NCBI GenBank assembly: GCA_030390025.1
Contig: JASTWF010000348.1
Coordinates: 62,001-126,000 of the forward strand
DNA length: 64,000 nucleotides
Reading direction: 5' to 3'
Source: Squalus acanthias
Taxonomy: Eukaryota
How positions within the stretch are numbered: position 1 is the stretch's first letter; each line of letters starts with the position of its first letter. Made by a program: the position numbers and the translations under genes. Positions 1 through 12,696 of this stretch are shown in pieces. The notes under the pieces are model-generated. The model was not told where the DNA came from, made no database searches, and saw only the letters and a list, made by a program, of their open reading frames with translations.

Positions 1-544
1 AGGGGGGGGGCGTGGTGTGGGAAGGCACGGGAAGAGAAGGAGAGAGAGCATTCGAGTGAGGGGTAAGGGTGGGAGGGGGGGGGAGGTGGCGGGGAGGAAC
101 TTTGCTAATGCCCCTCCCCCCCGCCCCCCTCCCCATTTCATGGGCTTCTCTGTTCCCTTCCCTTATTGGCCCTGTTCTTCATCCGTATGGCCTACTCCTG
201 CTCCTAATTCTGATCTTCTTATGTGTCGGTGGGGTATTCGACTACGGGGGCATCACAGCTCTCTTCACTCACTCCCCTCCCCCCCTCCCCCATCACAAGC
301 ACTTGCTAGCAGGAATCGCTGAATAATAATCAGGGGCTGAATTAGAATGGAACCTGGGCGCTTCCTGCTCTGTGTGTGGGGCTCAGTGCCAATTGCAGCA
401 CCCCCCCCCCGCCCCCAACCACCCCCCGCCCCCAACCACCCCTTACCGCCCAACCCAGGCTGGGATCAGCTCACTCGGCACAGACCTGTGGGGGGAGGGG
501 GGGTGGTGGAACCTGGGCCCTCCCTGCTCTGTGCAGGGCGTGGG

Positions 545-1425
545 TGAGGGGGGAGATGGGGGGGGAGGGGGGGGAGGAATGGGGGTGAGGGGGGGAGATG
601 GGGGTGAGGGGGGAGATGGGGGGGTAGGGGGGGTGAGGGGGAGATGGGAGGTAGGGGGGAGATGGGGGAGGGGGGAGGAGGGGGAGATGGGGGGAGGGGG
701 GAGGACGGGGGAGATGGAGGGAGGAGGGGGGAGATGGGGGGGAGGGGGGAGATGGGGGGAGGGGGGAGATGGGAAGGAGGGGGAGATGGGGGGAGGGGGA
801 GATGGGGGGAGGGGGAGAGGGGGAGATGGGGGGAGGGGGGAGATGGGGGGGGAGGGGGGCGAGGGAAGGAGATAGGGGGATGGGGGGAGATGGGTGGAGG
901 GGGGAGATGGGGAGGGGGGAGATGGGGGGGAGATAGGGGCGAGGGGGGAGATTGAGGGAGGGGGGAGAGATGGGGGAGATGGGGAGGAGAGGGGGGGAGG
1001 GGGAAGATGGGGAGGAGAGGGGGAGAGGGGGGGAGGGGGAGATGGGGGAGGGGGAGGAGGGGAGATGGGGGGAGGGGGAGGAAGGGAGATGGGGGAGGGG
1101 GGGAGATGGGGAGAGGGGGGAGATATGGGGGAGATGGGGAGAGGTGGGGAGATATGGGGGGAGGGGGGTAGAGCTGGGGAGGGGGAGAGGAGGGAGATGG
1201 GGGGAGGAAGGGAGATGGGGGGTAGGAAGGGAGAGGAAGGGAGGAGGGGGGAGATGGGGAGGAGGGGGGAGATGGGGGGGAGATGGGGAGGAGGGGGGAG
1301 ATGGGGAGGAGGGGGGAGATGGGGTGAGAGGGGGAGATGGGGAGGGGGGGAGATGGGGGGAGATGGGGGGGATGGGGGAGATGGGGGGGATATGGGGAGG
1401 GGGGGGAGATGGGGGGAGGGGGGGC
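545..1425. repeat. G-rich low-complexity repeat (GGGGGAGAT-like units)
   Basis: Almost purely G/A on the + strand, with recurrent ggggagatggggg. The Gly/Pro-rich ORFs are compositional artefacts. Confidence 0.9.
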
Positions 1426-1967
1426 GAGGCAGCTAACTACTGAAGGACATTGCGAGGTGGCCTGCAGTGCGTTCAGTCGGCCCCACGCCCTGACAAGGTG
1501 AACCAGGGCTGTCTCGGGCGAGTGAACGTCTCCCACATCCAGTGGTGTCAGCTTGTTGAGCAAGGCTGTGACCCTCAGCCAGAAACCAGCTCACGCCCTG
1601 TCATCAGTCAGCGAGCGGCTGCCAGCAACACCGTCCAAAACCGCACAGGAAACAGCGGCTCCCTGTCTTCTGCGTTCATGCTGGAGCTTGACTGAGGCAC
1701 AACCCAGTCAAAGCGTCGAAGCAAATCCAGTCTCCAGACGGTGGGGTGAGGACTGCCACTTTCTCTGGTGCGCTGGGGTGGGGGGGAGAGGTCAGGGCTT
1801 CAGAGGCTGACCTTGCACCCTCTGGGACCCTAGGGTCAGATCCTAGCCCCAGACAGCTCTTTCACTCTGCAATTCTCAAACACCCAGGTTGTTCCCAGAA
1901 CCCAACCCCCGCACCACACCCATCCCCCGCCGGACGCACATCGCCAGGAACTCAACCACCCCCCACC

Positions 1968-4900
1968 CACTGAGACACATCCAGTCAGTGTACAGATATC
2001 TCCCTGAGAGAGAGGGGACTGAGAGACACCAGTCATTATACAGATCTCTCCCTGAGAGAGGGGACTGAGAGACACCAGTCAGTGTACAGATATCACCCTG
2101 AGAGAGAGGGGACTGAGAGACACCAGTCAGTGTACAGATATCTCCCTGAGAGAGAGGGACTGAGAGACACCAGTCAGTGTACAGATATCTCCCTGAGGGA
2201 GAGGGGACTGAGAGACACCAGTCAGTGTACAGATATCTCCCTGAGAGAGAGGGACTGAGAGACACCAGTCAGTGTACAGATATCTCCCTGAGAGAGAGGG
2301 ACTGAGAGACACCAGTCAGTGTACAGATATCTCCCTGAGGGAGAGAGGACTGAGAGACACCAGTCAGTGTACAGATATCTCCCTGAGGGAGAGGGTCTGA
2401 GAGACACCAGTCAGTGTACAGATATCTCCCTGAGGGAGAGGGACTGAGAGACACCAGTCAGTGTACAGATATCTCCCTGAGGGAGAGGGGACTGAGAGAC
2501 ACCAGTCAGTGTACAGATATCTCCCTGAGAGAGAGGGGACTGAGAGACACCAGTCAGTGTACAGATATCTCCCTGAGAGAGAGAGGACTGAGAGACACCA
2601 GTCACTGTACAGATATCTCCCTGAGGGAGAGAGGGGCTGAGAGACACCAGTCAGTGTACAGATATCTCCCTGAGGGAGAGGGACTGAGAGACACCAGTCA
2701 GTGTACAGATATCTCCCTGAGGGAGAGGGACTGAGAGACACCAGTCAGTGTACAGATATCTCCCTGAGGGAGAGAGACTGAGAGACACCAGTCAGTGTAC
2801 AGATATCACCCTGAGAGAGAGGGACTGAGAGACACCAGTCAGTGTACAGATATCTCCCTGAGAGAGAGGGGACTGAGAGACACCAGGCAGTGTACAGATA
2901 TCTCCCTGAGGGAGAGGGACTCAGAGACACCAGTCAGTGTACAGATATCTCCCTGAGGGAGAGGGGACTGAGAGACACCAGTCAGTGTACAGATATCTCC
3001 CTGAGGGAGAGGGACTGAGAGACACCAGTCAGTGTACAGATATCTCCCTGAGTGAGAGGGACTGAGAGACACCAGTTAGTGTACAGATATCTCCCTGAGG
3101 GAGAGGGGACTGAGAGACACCAGTCAGTTTACAGATATCTCCCTTTGGGAGAGGGACTGAGAGACACCAGTCAGTGTACAGATATCTCCGTGAGGGAGAG
3201 GGACTGAGAGACACCAGTCAGTGTACAGATATCTCCCTGAGGGAGAGGGACTGGGAGACACCTGTCAATGTACAGATAACTCCCTGAGGGAGAGGGACTG
3301 AGAGACACCAGTCAGTGTACAGATACCTCCCTGAGGGAGAGAGGGACTGAGAGACACCAGTCAGTGTACAGATATCTCCCTGAGGGAGACAGACTGAGAG
3401 ACACCAGTCAGTGTACAGATATCTCCCTGAGGGAGAGGGACTGAGAGACACCAGTCAGTGTACAGATATCTCCCTGAGGGAGAGGGACTGAGAGACACCA
3501 GTCAGTGTACAGATATCTCCCTGAGGGAGAGAGGGACTGAAAGACACCAGTCAGTGTACAGATATCTCCCTGAGGGAGAGGGGACTGAGAGACACCAGTC
3601 AGTGTACAGATATCTCCCTGAGGGAGAGGGGACTGAGAGACACCAGTCGGTATACAGATATCTCCCTGAGGGAGAGAGGGACTGAAAGACACCAGTCAGT
3701 GTACAGATATCTCCCTGAGGGAGAGGGGACTGAGAGACACCAGTCAGTGTACAGATATCTCCCTGAGGGAGAGGGGACTGAGAGACACCAGTCAGTGTAC
3801 AGATATCTCCCTGAGAGAGAGGGGACTGAGAGACACCAGTCAGTGTACAGATATCTCCCTGAGAGAGAGAGGACTGAGAGACACCAGTCACTGTACAGAT
3901 ATCTCCCTGAGGGAGAGAGGGGCTGAGAGACACCAGTCAGTGTACAGATATCTCCCTGAGGGAGAGGGACTGAGAGACACCAGTCAGTGTACAGATATCT
4001 CCCTGAGGGAGAGGGACTGAGAGACACCAGTCAGTGTACAGATATCTCCCTGAGGGAGAGAGACTGAGAGACACCAGTCAGTGTACAGATATCACCCTGA
4101 GAGAGAGGGACTGAGAGACACCAGTCAGTGTACAGATATCTCCCTGAGAGAGAGGGGACTGAGAGACACCAGGCAGTGTACAGATATCTCCCTGAGGGAG
4201 AGGGACTCAGAGACACCAGTCAGTGTACAGATATCTCCCTGAGGGAGAGGGGACTGAGAGACACCAGTCAGTGTACAGATATCTCCCTGAGGGAGAGGGA
4301 CTGAGAGACACCAGTCAGTGTACAGATATCTCCCTGAGTGAGAGGGACTGAGAGACACCAGTCAGTGTACAGATATCACCCTGAGGGAGAGGGACTGAGA
4401 GACACCAGTCAGTGTACAGATATCTCCCTGAGGGAGAGGAACTGAGAGACACCAGTTAGTGTACAGATATCTCCCTGAGGGAGAGGGGACTGAGAGACAC
4501 CAGTCAGTTTACAGATATCTCCCTTTGGGAGAGGGACTGAGAGACACCAGTCAGTGTACAGATATCTCCGTGAGGGAGAGGGACTGAGAGACACCAGTCA
4601 GTGTACAGATATCTCCCTGAGGGAGAGGGACTGGGAGACACCTGTCAATGTACAGATAACTCCCTGAGGGAGAGGGACTGAGAGACACCAGTCAGTGTAC
4701 AGATACCTCCCTGAGGGAGAGAGGGACTGAGAGACACCAGTCAGTGTACAGATATCTCCCTGAGGGAGACAGACTGAGAGACACCAGTCAGTGTACAGAT
4801 ATCTCCCTGAGGGAGAGGGACTGAGAGACACCAGTCAGTGTACAGATATCTCCCTGAGGGAGAGGGACTGAGAGACACCAGTCAGTGTACAGATATCTCC

Positions 4901-5070
4901 CTGAGGGAGAGAGGGACTGAAAGACACCAGTCAGTGTACAGATATCTCCCTGAGGGAGAGGGGACTGAGAGACACCAGTCAGTGTACAGATATCTCCCTG
5001 AGGGAGAGGGGACTGAGAGACACCAGTCGGTATACAGATATCTCCCTGAGGGAGAGGGGGACTGAGAGAC
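1968..5070. repeat. 47-49-bp minisatellite array
   Basis: Unit cagtcagtgtacagatatctccctgagggagagggactgagagacac repeated about 65 times. Confidence 0.97.
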
Positions 5071-5370
5071 AAGGGGGCATAACCTTAAAATTAGAGCCAG
5101 GCGTTTCAGGGGTGATGTCAGGAAGCACTTCTTCACACAAAGGGTAGTGGAAATCTGGAACTCTCTCCCCCCCCAAAAAAGGATGTGGATGCTGGGGTCA
5201 ATTGGAGCTTTCAAGGTGGTGATCGATAGATTTTTGTTGGTTAAGGGTATCAAGGGTTGTGGAGCAAAGGCGGGCAAATGGAGTTGACGTATAGATCAGC
5301 CATGATCGAATTGAATGGCGGAGCAGGTTCGAGGGGCCGAATGGCCTACTCCTGTTGCTAATGTTCCGAT
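5071..5370 (+). mobile_element. CR1 LINE 3' fragment
   Basis: Encodes the TRGH..K..../FFTQRVV.WN.LP motif and has the cagccatgatc...gaatggcctactcctg 3' UTR. Confidence 0.85.
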
Positions 5371-5564
5371 GATGTTAAGGAGGTTTCAAGCCATGGGGGG
5401 AAGATCTGCAGAGGAGGTGAGGTCAGTGACCAGGACATGGGGGAGGACTCACCTTGCTCTTCTTCCTATAGTAACCGTGGGATCTTTTACGTCCACCTGA
5501 GAGGGGAGACGGGGCCTCGATTTAAGGTCTAATCCAAAAAAAGGGCATTAAAAAAAAAAATGTT

Positions 5565-5850
5565 TATTCGTTCATGGGATGTGGGCGTCGCTGGCAAGGC
5601 CAGCATTTATTGCCCATCCTGAGTTGCCCCTCGAGAAGGTAGTGGTGAGCCGCCTTCTTGAACCGCTGCAGTCCGTGTGGTGAAGGTGCTCCCGCAGTGC
5701 TGTTAGGGAGGGAGTTCCAGGATTTTGACCCAGCGACGATGAAGGATCGGCGATATTCTTCCAAGTCAGGATGGTGTGTGACTCGGAGGGGAACCTGGAG
5801 GTGGGTGGCGTTCCCACGCAACTGCTGCCCTTGTCCTTCTAGGTGGCAAA
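5565..5850 (-). mobile_element. LINE 3' fragment (L2/CR1 group), same family as 15288-15990
   Basis: Near-identical to 15290-15570; translates SWNSLPNSTAG..SPHGLQRFKKAAHH. Confidence 0.75.
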
Positions 5851-5860
5851 AGGTACTGCA

Positions 5861-7964
5861 TGTAAGATTCTCAAAATTCACAGATCCCCCCCTAACTCTA
5901 AGAAAACCCGAAGGAAAAAGACTTGTCTTGGGGTCGGGTTGGGGTCGTGTGATCCACATTTCGTGTTATCCACCCGCCTGCAATTGGATGTGGGAGATTG
6001 ATGCAATTTTCACTTAATTGGGCAATTGAGTTCCAGCATGTGGGAACCCATGACCCAATTAGTGGTTTCAGTCTGAAAGTCGCCTCTGATGATGTCATCG
6101 TTGTAGGTCAGAGACTGCCTGGTCTGGTCTCAGAGATTGCCTGGCCTTTGCTGTGAGAGGACCTGGGTGCAAAATGAGCAGCATCTCAGCAGAGAGAGAG
6201 AGAGCGCGAGAGAGAGAGGAGAGAGAGAGAGAGAGAGAATATTTTTTTTCCATCCAGGTCCTCCAAAGGCCCCGGCAGTCTCTGAAGACATTCAATGCAG
6301 CAGCATCAGAGGCGACTTTCAGACCTAATACTACTACTACCTTCATCACAATACTACTACTACCTTCATCACATCTCCGTTGTAATAGTGGACCTGCAGC
6401 TGATAGTCAGCTATCCACTTGTGCTCCCGCCAGGTTTCACTGGCGTGTTTCACATCAGGCGTACTTCACGTCGGTTAAACGAGCTAAAACGTTTCAAAAT
6501 GGCATTACAGAGCCAATTTAGGGCTTGTTAAGGGCTTTAATGGCCTCTCCCGCCTCTTGGAGGCGGGACGGAGTCGGGAACCCCGCGACCGATTTTGTCA
6601 AAATTGCGTGGAGGCGGAATGGAGTCGGGATGGGGTCGGGACCCCCGAATCTGCAACTTTAACCCCCCCCCACATGCCTCCAAACCCGCCTCCATGGGTC
6701 ATTGAAAATCCAGCCCTTGGACTCTTTCCTAGCTATTACAGGGTGGTAAAGTGCACTGGGCCTAAACCGAAGGACCTTTCGAGCAAAAACCAAGATTTGG
6801 GATTTTAAAAGACATGTCTGGACTTGTAAGTGAGAACAGGCTGTGAAGGGAAGGTGGGCTCAACCTCTGTAAAACCAGTTTGGGTATTGGAGCTAATGGA
6901 AACTGCCTGGGGAACCACATGATCTCGCTGGGAGTGTAAATCGGCCCCTATCAGGCATTAGCATCCTAGCAATAAACCCGAGGAAAAACAGTCCCCACCC
7001 CAAGCTACAGAGCCCATTAAGACATGCATAAAACAAATTACTTCGGCTTACCCTATAGAAGTTACAGGCCCAACCAAGAAACCCAAAACATAAGAACAAT
7101 CAAACTCCGATTAAGTGGCACATCAACGGGATGGGGCCATCCCCGAAACCACTTCACACATTTACAAACCAGTTACTGTTGACGAGCCCTCCAAAATCGT
7201 ACAATGACCGGGATTTGATTTGGCATGCAGATAAGGAAGTTTCAATGGGTATAATTAAAGGCCCGATCTCAACAGTTCAAGTTCGAGTTCTCCAGTACAA
7301 CCGTACACAGTTCAACAGAAACAAGTTCAAGGAGACGAGCAGCCCAACAGTTACAGCAAGCAGCAAGGAATTCAGCAAGCAGTCCGGCAGAAGGCAGTTC
7401 CACAGTTCTGCAAGAAGGCAGTTCCACAGCTCTGAAGAAGACAGTTCAACAAGGCGAGGGGGGGGGGGGTGGGCGACAGAAAGAAGTTCAACAAAGAAGG
7501 CCAGCAGCTCCGGAAGCAGGCCGACACGCAAGAAGAGACCAGAGCGACCGCCTCAGTGACCATCGGACACCTCGCGGCAACAAGGGCCTTACGAAACTTT
7601 TTACTCAAAAGACTCTCGACCCTAACTCTCAACTGTCAAGGATTCGTTTGGTGAGCATTATCCCTGGTTCTCCAGAGCCCAACCTAGCTAGTAAAGTGGG
7701 ATTGGGGAGGGGGTGAAGTATTCTTCGAATGTTATTTCCCTCGTTTGTACCGAAGTGTTCCCCACTTTTAGAGTGTGAAGAGTGTTTGTGTTGTGTTTTA
7801 CTTTCTTGAATAAAGATCAAAGTTCTTGCCTCAAACTCAGTTGTCTGCTGCACCTTTTTGTCACAACCCCCAAATAAGTCCAAGGTCTAGAACCAAGGAC
7901 GTGGGAGCGATTCGAACCGCTCAGAAGTCAGAGGTGAAGCTGACACCAACCACCACCCCCTACA
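5861..7964 (+). mobile_element. Solo LTR (about 1.3 kb net) containing a MITE
   Basis: Termini tgtaag...cctaca; 4-bp TSD TGCA (5857-5860 / 7965-7968); AATAAA at about 7809. Confidence 0.78.
5923..6716. mobile_element. PIF/Harbinger-type MITE family 1, copy with left TIR deleted
   Basis: Right end aaaatccagccc; body highly similar to 14330-15094 and 16377-17119. Confidence 0.82.
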
Positions 7965-8230
7965 TGCACTCCCTCCAAGGCCAGTATATCCTTCCTAAGG
8001 TGTGGTGCCCAGAACTGCTCTCAGTACTCCAGGCATGGTCTAACCAGGGCTTTGTACAGCTGGAGCATAACTTCTACCCCCTTGTATTCTAGTCCTCGAG
8101 ATATAAAGGCCAGCATCCCATTAGCCTTTCTGTACCTGTTCGTGACATTTTAATGATCTGTGTACCTGGACCCCCCGAGTCTCTTTGAACCGCCACTGTT
8201 TCTAGCTGTTCACCATTTAGAAAGAGGCCC
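7965..8230 (-). mobile_element. CR1 LINE fragment
   Basis: Reverse complement of the RT C-terminal region (LQLY..LVRP.LEY..QFW.P). Confidence 0.75.
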
Positions 8231-8259
8231 GAAAATGGCCGGGAATTACCAGCCTTTAT

Positions 8260-9030
8260 TGGCTGGATTTTGAATGACCCGTGGAGTCGGGTTTGGAGGC
8301 GTGTGGGGGGTTAAATTTGCGGGGTCGGGGGTCCTGACCCCATCCCGACTCCATCCCGCCTCCACGCAATTTTGACAAAATCGGTCGCGGGGTTCCCGAC
8401 TCCGTCCCGCCTCCAAGAGGCGGGAGAGGCCATTAAAGCCCTTAACAATCCCTAAATTGGCTCCGTAATGCCATTTTGAAACGTTTTAGCTAGTTTAACC
8501 CTTTTCTGACGTGAAGTACGCCTGGTGTGAAACACGCCAGTGAAACTTGGCGGGAGCACAAGTGGATAGCTGACTATCAGCTGCAGGTCCACTATTGCAA
8601 CGGGGATGTGATGAAGGTAGTAGTAGTATTAGGTCTGAAAGTCGCCTCTGATGCTGCTGCATTGAATGTCTTCAGAGACTGCCTGGCCTTTGCTGTGAGA
8701 GGACTTGGATGCAAAAAATGCTCTCTCTCTCTCTCTCTCTCTCTGTCCTCCCCCATATTTTGCATCCAGGTCCACTCACATCAAAAGCAAGCCAGGCAGG
8801 TCCTCTCTCACCAACAGCCTCTGAGACTAGGCAGTCAGCAATGATGACATCATCAGAGGCGACTTTCAGACTGAAAACACTAATTAGTTCATGGGCTCCC
8901 ACATGCTGGAACTCAATTGCCCAATTAAGTGAAAATTGCATCATTCATCCACATTAATCTGGAGTCGGGGGGGGAAACACGAAATGCGGATGACACGACC
9001 CCAACCCGACCCCAAGACAAAATCCAGCCC
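8260..9030. mobile_element. MITE family 1, inverted copy
   Basis: Termini ggctggatttt...aaaatccagccc; reverse complement of the other copies; no clean TSD. Confidence 0.85.
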
Positions 9031-9311
9031 TTCTTTGAAAGGGATTCCAGGTGGGGAGGGTGTTTCCCCCTTTAAGAAGGTTCGAGCGGGCCCCACGACT
9101 GATTGGGGCTCCTTGTGATGCCCGAGAGACGAGGTTGGTGCCCCCTCTGGTGGCAGGAAGTGAGATACTTCACCGACTGAAAGCTCATTCAAGGCAATGG
9201 TGCTTCTTAAAGGGGTGCGCGCATTTTAACCCAAGCACTTCACTGGGCTCTTCCTGCTCCGTGTGGGGCTCAGTACCACGCACTGAGTGGGGTAGTAACC
9301 CATTGACCCAG

Positions 9312-10428
9312 CACCCCGCTGGAGTGGAGCTAATTTACAGAACAAACGGGAAACTGTTCAACCTCCGTCGCCTCCAGTCCAGATCCAAGGTTGTCCCATC
9401 CTCTGTCGTCGAATTACAGTATGCAGATGACGCTTGCGTCTGCGCTCACTCGGAGGTCGAACTCCAAACCATCGTCAACACCTTCACCGAAGCGTACGAG
9501 AGCATGGGCCTTACACTAAACATCCGTAAGACAAAGGTCCTCTACCAACCTGCCCCCGCCACACAGTACTGCCCCCTGATTATCAAAATCCACGACGAGG
9601 CCTTGGACAACGTGGACCACTTTCCATACCTCGGGAGCCTACTGTCAACAAGGGCAGGCGTCGATGACGAAGTCCAACACCGCCTTCAGTGTGCCTGTGC
9701 AGCCTTCGGTCGCCTGAGGAAGAGAGTGTTTGAAGACCAGGACCTCAAACCCGGCACTAAGCTCATGGTCTACAGAGCAGCAGTGATACCCGCCCTGCTG
9801 TATGCCTCAGAGACATGGACCATGTACAGCAGGCATCTCAAAGCACTAGAGAGGTACCACCAACGCTGCCTCCGCAAGATCCTGCAAATGAATTGGCAGG
9901 ATAGGCGCACCAATGTCAGTGTTCTTGCTCAGGCCAACATCCCCAGCATTGAAGCTTTGACCACGCTCGATCAGCTCCGATGGACGGGCCACATCGTCCG
10001 CTAGCCCGATACGAGACTCCCAAAACAAGCGCTCTACTCGGAGCTCCGACACGGCAAGAGAGCCCCGGGTGGGCAGAGGAAACGCTTCAAGGACACCCTC
10101 AAAGCCTCCTTGAAAAAGTGCAACATCCCCACCGACACCTGGGAATCCCTGGCCCAAGACCGCACAAAGTGGAGGAGAAGCATCCGGGAAGGCGCCGAAC
10201 ACCTCGAGTCTCTTCGCCGGGAGCAAGCAGAAGCCAAGCGCAGGCAGCGCAAGGAGCGCGCGTCAACCCAAGCACCCCACCCAGCCGCCCCTTCAACCAC
10301 CGTCTGCCCCACCTGTGACTGAGACTGTAGGTCCCGCATTGGACTCATCAGTCACCTGCGAACTCATTTTTAGTGTGGAAGCAAGTCATCCTCGGTTCCA
10401 AGGGACTGCCTAAGAAGAAGAAGAAGAT
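9312..10428 (+). mobile_element. 5'-truncated RTE-clade LINE
   Basis: GVELIYRTNGKLFNLRRL...LQYADD RT region; FPYLGS; LRWTGHIVR; in-frame stop at 10002; C-terminal CPTC...H...H knuckle; (AAG)n tail. Confidence 0.9.
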
Positions 10429-10539
10429 TCGGGGCAAGGGTATTGTGTACAGTTTTGGTCTCCTTACCTAAGGAAGGACGTACTTGCCTTGGAGGCGGTG
10501 CAACGAAGGTTCACTAGATTGATCACTGGGATGTTATAA

Positions 10540-11692
10540 GGGCCTAGAAATTGGCCTCCTTAGCGCCTCCCGTTAGCGCCTCCGGGCGGGCGATAGCGGG
10601 GCGCTAACCACTCACCGCCCGGGCGCGGCGAGAAGATCGAGAAGGTTTGCGCCGGCGCTAAGGCGTTGCGCCTGGGATGTTATGGTGACGTCATCGCCTG
10701 TGCGCATCACCCCGGTAGCGCCCCCCCCCCCACGGACCCGAACTCCGGTTCCGCCCCCTGCGGCAGCGCCGGGCAAAGACACCGGCCGCCGCAGGAGGCG
10801 TTCATCGGGCGCTTCGGGCGGGGTGGGGGGGCGATACTTAAAGTCGAGGTGAGTGGAAAAAAAAAATTGGGAAACGCTCTTTCTGTTTCTTTTTTCATTT
10901 GTTTTCGCCGGCGCTCGATCAGCCCGGCACTCTGCTGCAGTGCATCGGGCTGATGGGGCCGGATCGTGGTTGCCATGGGGGAACCAGGTAAGGTTTCCTC
11001 TCGCAGAGCCTGCAGCGATGGCCCTCCCCTTTAAGGGAGGGAAGGAGCCTTCCAACGAGGCAGCGCTGCACGGCCCAGTGTGCAGCACTGCTCACCTACC
11101 ACCCCCCCGCCTGCTGCCTGTTGCACTCCGGGAAGGAAGTGTCGCGCTTGATTTGGCGCCCCACTCCCTTCCTGGAGCACAAACCCCGAATTTTTTAACA
11201 ATTGAAAACCATTCAAGATAATGAGAGGGGGATCTCATTGAAGCATACACAATTATTGCAGGGCTTGATAGGGTGGATGCTGGGGGAATGTTTCCCTTGG
11301 CTGAGGAGTCTAGAACCAGGGGCCACAGCCTCAAGATAAAGGGTAGGCCATTCAGGACTGAGATGAGAAGAAATGTCTTCACACAGAGGGTGGTGAATCT
11401 TTGGAATTCTCTACCCCAGAGGGCTGTGGAGGCTCAGTCATTGGGTTATATTCAAAACAGAAGTCGATAGATTTCTGACTAGTAAGGGCATCAAGGGATA
11501 TGGCGATAGGGCCGGTGAATGGAGTTGAGGCAGAAGATCAGCCATGATCTCATTGAATGGCGGAGCAGGCTCGAAGGGCCGAATGGCCTACTCCTGCTCC
11601 TATTGCTTATGTTCTTATTAGCGCCTGGGGCTAATTTTTTTAACTTTTAAAAGTTAGCGCCCCCGAACGGAGCGATAATGAATTTCTCCCCC
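10540..11692. mobile_element. GC-rich MITE family 2 (Harbinger-like), interrupted by a CR1 3' fragment at about 11220-11617
   Basis: Imperfect TIR gggcctagaaatt / aatttctccccc; subterminal gcgcctcccgttagcgcc is shared, inverted, with 33601-34493. Confidence 0.65.
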
Positions 11693-12284
11693 AATACATA
11701 TATATAGACCTGAAGGCTTTGGAGAGGGTACAGAAAAGATTTACTAGAATGGTTCCAGGGATGAGGGACTTCGGTTACGTGGATAGACTGGAGAAGCTGG
11801 GGTTGTTCTCCTTAGAGCGGAGAAGGTTGAGAGGAGATTTGATGGAGGTGTTCAAAATCACGAGGGGTCCGGACAGAGTAGATAGAGGGAAACTGTTCCC
11901 ATTGGCGGAAGGGTCGAGAACCAGAGGACACAGATTTAAGGTGATTGGCAGAAGAACCAAAAGCGACATGAGGAAAAACTTTTTTACCCAGCGAGTGGTT
12001 AGGATCTGGAATGCGCTGCCTGAGAGGGTGGTGGAGGCAGATTCAATCATGGCTTTCAAAAGGGAATTGGATAAATACTTGAAGGAGAAAAAAGTGCAGG
12101 GATTTGGGGAAAGAGCGGAGGAGTGGGAGTAACTGGATTGCTCTTCGAAAGAGCCGGCGCAGACTCGATGGGCAGAATGGCCTCCTTCTGCTCTGTATTA
12201 TTCTATGATGCTATGATATGATTCCTGGGATGAGAGGGCTGTCCTATGAGGAGAGATTGAGTAGACTAGGCCTATATTCTCTGG

Positions 12285-12696
12285 TGTGGATATGCCGGTG
12301 TTGGACTGGGGTGGACAAAAGTCGCACAACACCAGCTTATAGTCCAACAGCTTTATTTGAAATCACAAGCTTTCGGAGCGCTGCTCCTTCGTCAGGTGAA
12401 GTGAAGAGATGCATATAGGCACAGCATATATAGTCAGAGAACACTGCCAGATGACTACAGTTAATCTTTCTTTGGACACCATCCACACCTTTGATTGCCG
12501 TGATTATCTCTCTGCCGAGGTGTGATAAAGGGCAGTTAGAAAGATTAACTGTAGTCATCTGGCAGTGTTCTCTGACTATATATGCTGTGCCTATATGCAT
12601 CTCTTCACTTCACCTGACGAAGGAGCAGCGCTCCGAAAGCTTGTGATTTCAAATAAAGCTGTTGGACTATAACCTGGTGTTGTGCGACTTCTCACA
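12285..12696. mobile_element. Palindromic non-autonomous Penelope-derived element
   Basis: 153-bp inverted arms (12319-12471 / 12538-12690); 12-bp TSD TATATTCTCTGG in a CR1. Arms and loop match the 3' end of the Penelope at 55190-55396. Confidence 0.85.
12610..12646 (+). ncRNA. Minimal hammerhead ribozyme motif (mirror copy on - strand at 12363-12399)
   Basis: tcac-CTGACGA-a-ggagc(agc)gctcc-GAAA-gc-TT-gtga: both core boxes, stem I, stem II and a palindromic mini stem III. Confidence 0.65.

Noticed and set aside
372..1563. Gly-rich and Pro-rich ORFs
   Set aside because: Artefacts of G-rich low-complexity sequence.
1436..1960. Unique-looking island, possible exon of a neighbouring gene
   Set aside because: No recognisable protein in the frames read and no convincing acceptor/donor pair.
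1968..5070. CRISPR-like regular repeats (also the 67-bp and 40-bp arrays)
   Set aside because: Head-to-tail units with no unique spacers, no cas genes, and eukaryotic context.
5446..5470. Strong minus-strand donor (AAG|gtgagt)
   Set aside because: Adjacent sequence is a SINE fragment, it lies downstream of the ripk3 stop, and no coherent exon was found.
7131..7559. 142-aa Ser/Arg-rich ORF
   Set aside because: Lies in short internal repeats of a solo LTR; no gag/pol/env motifs.
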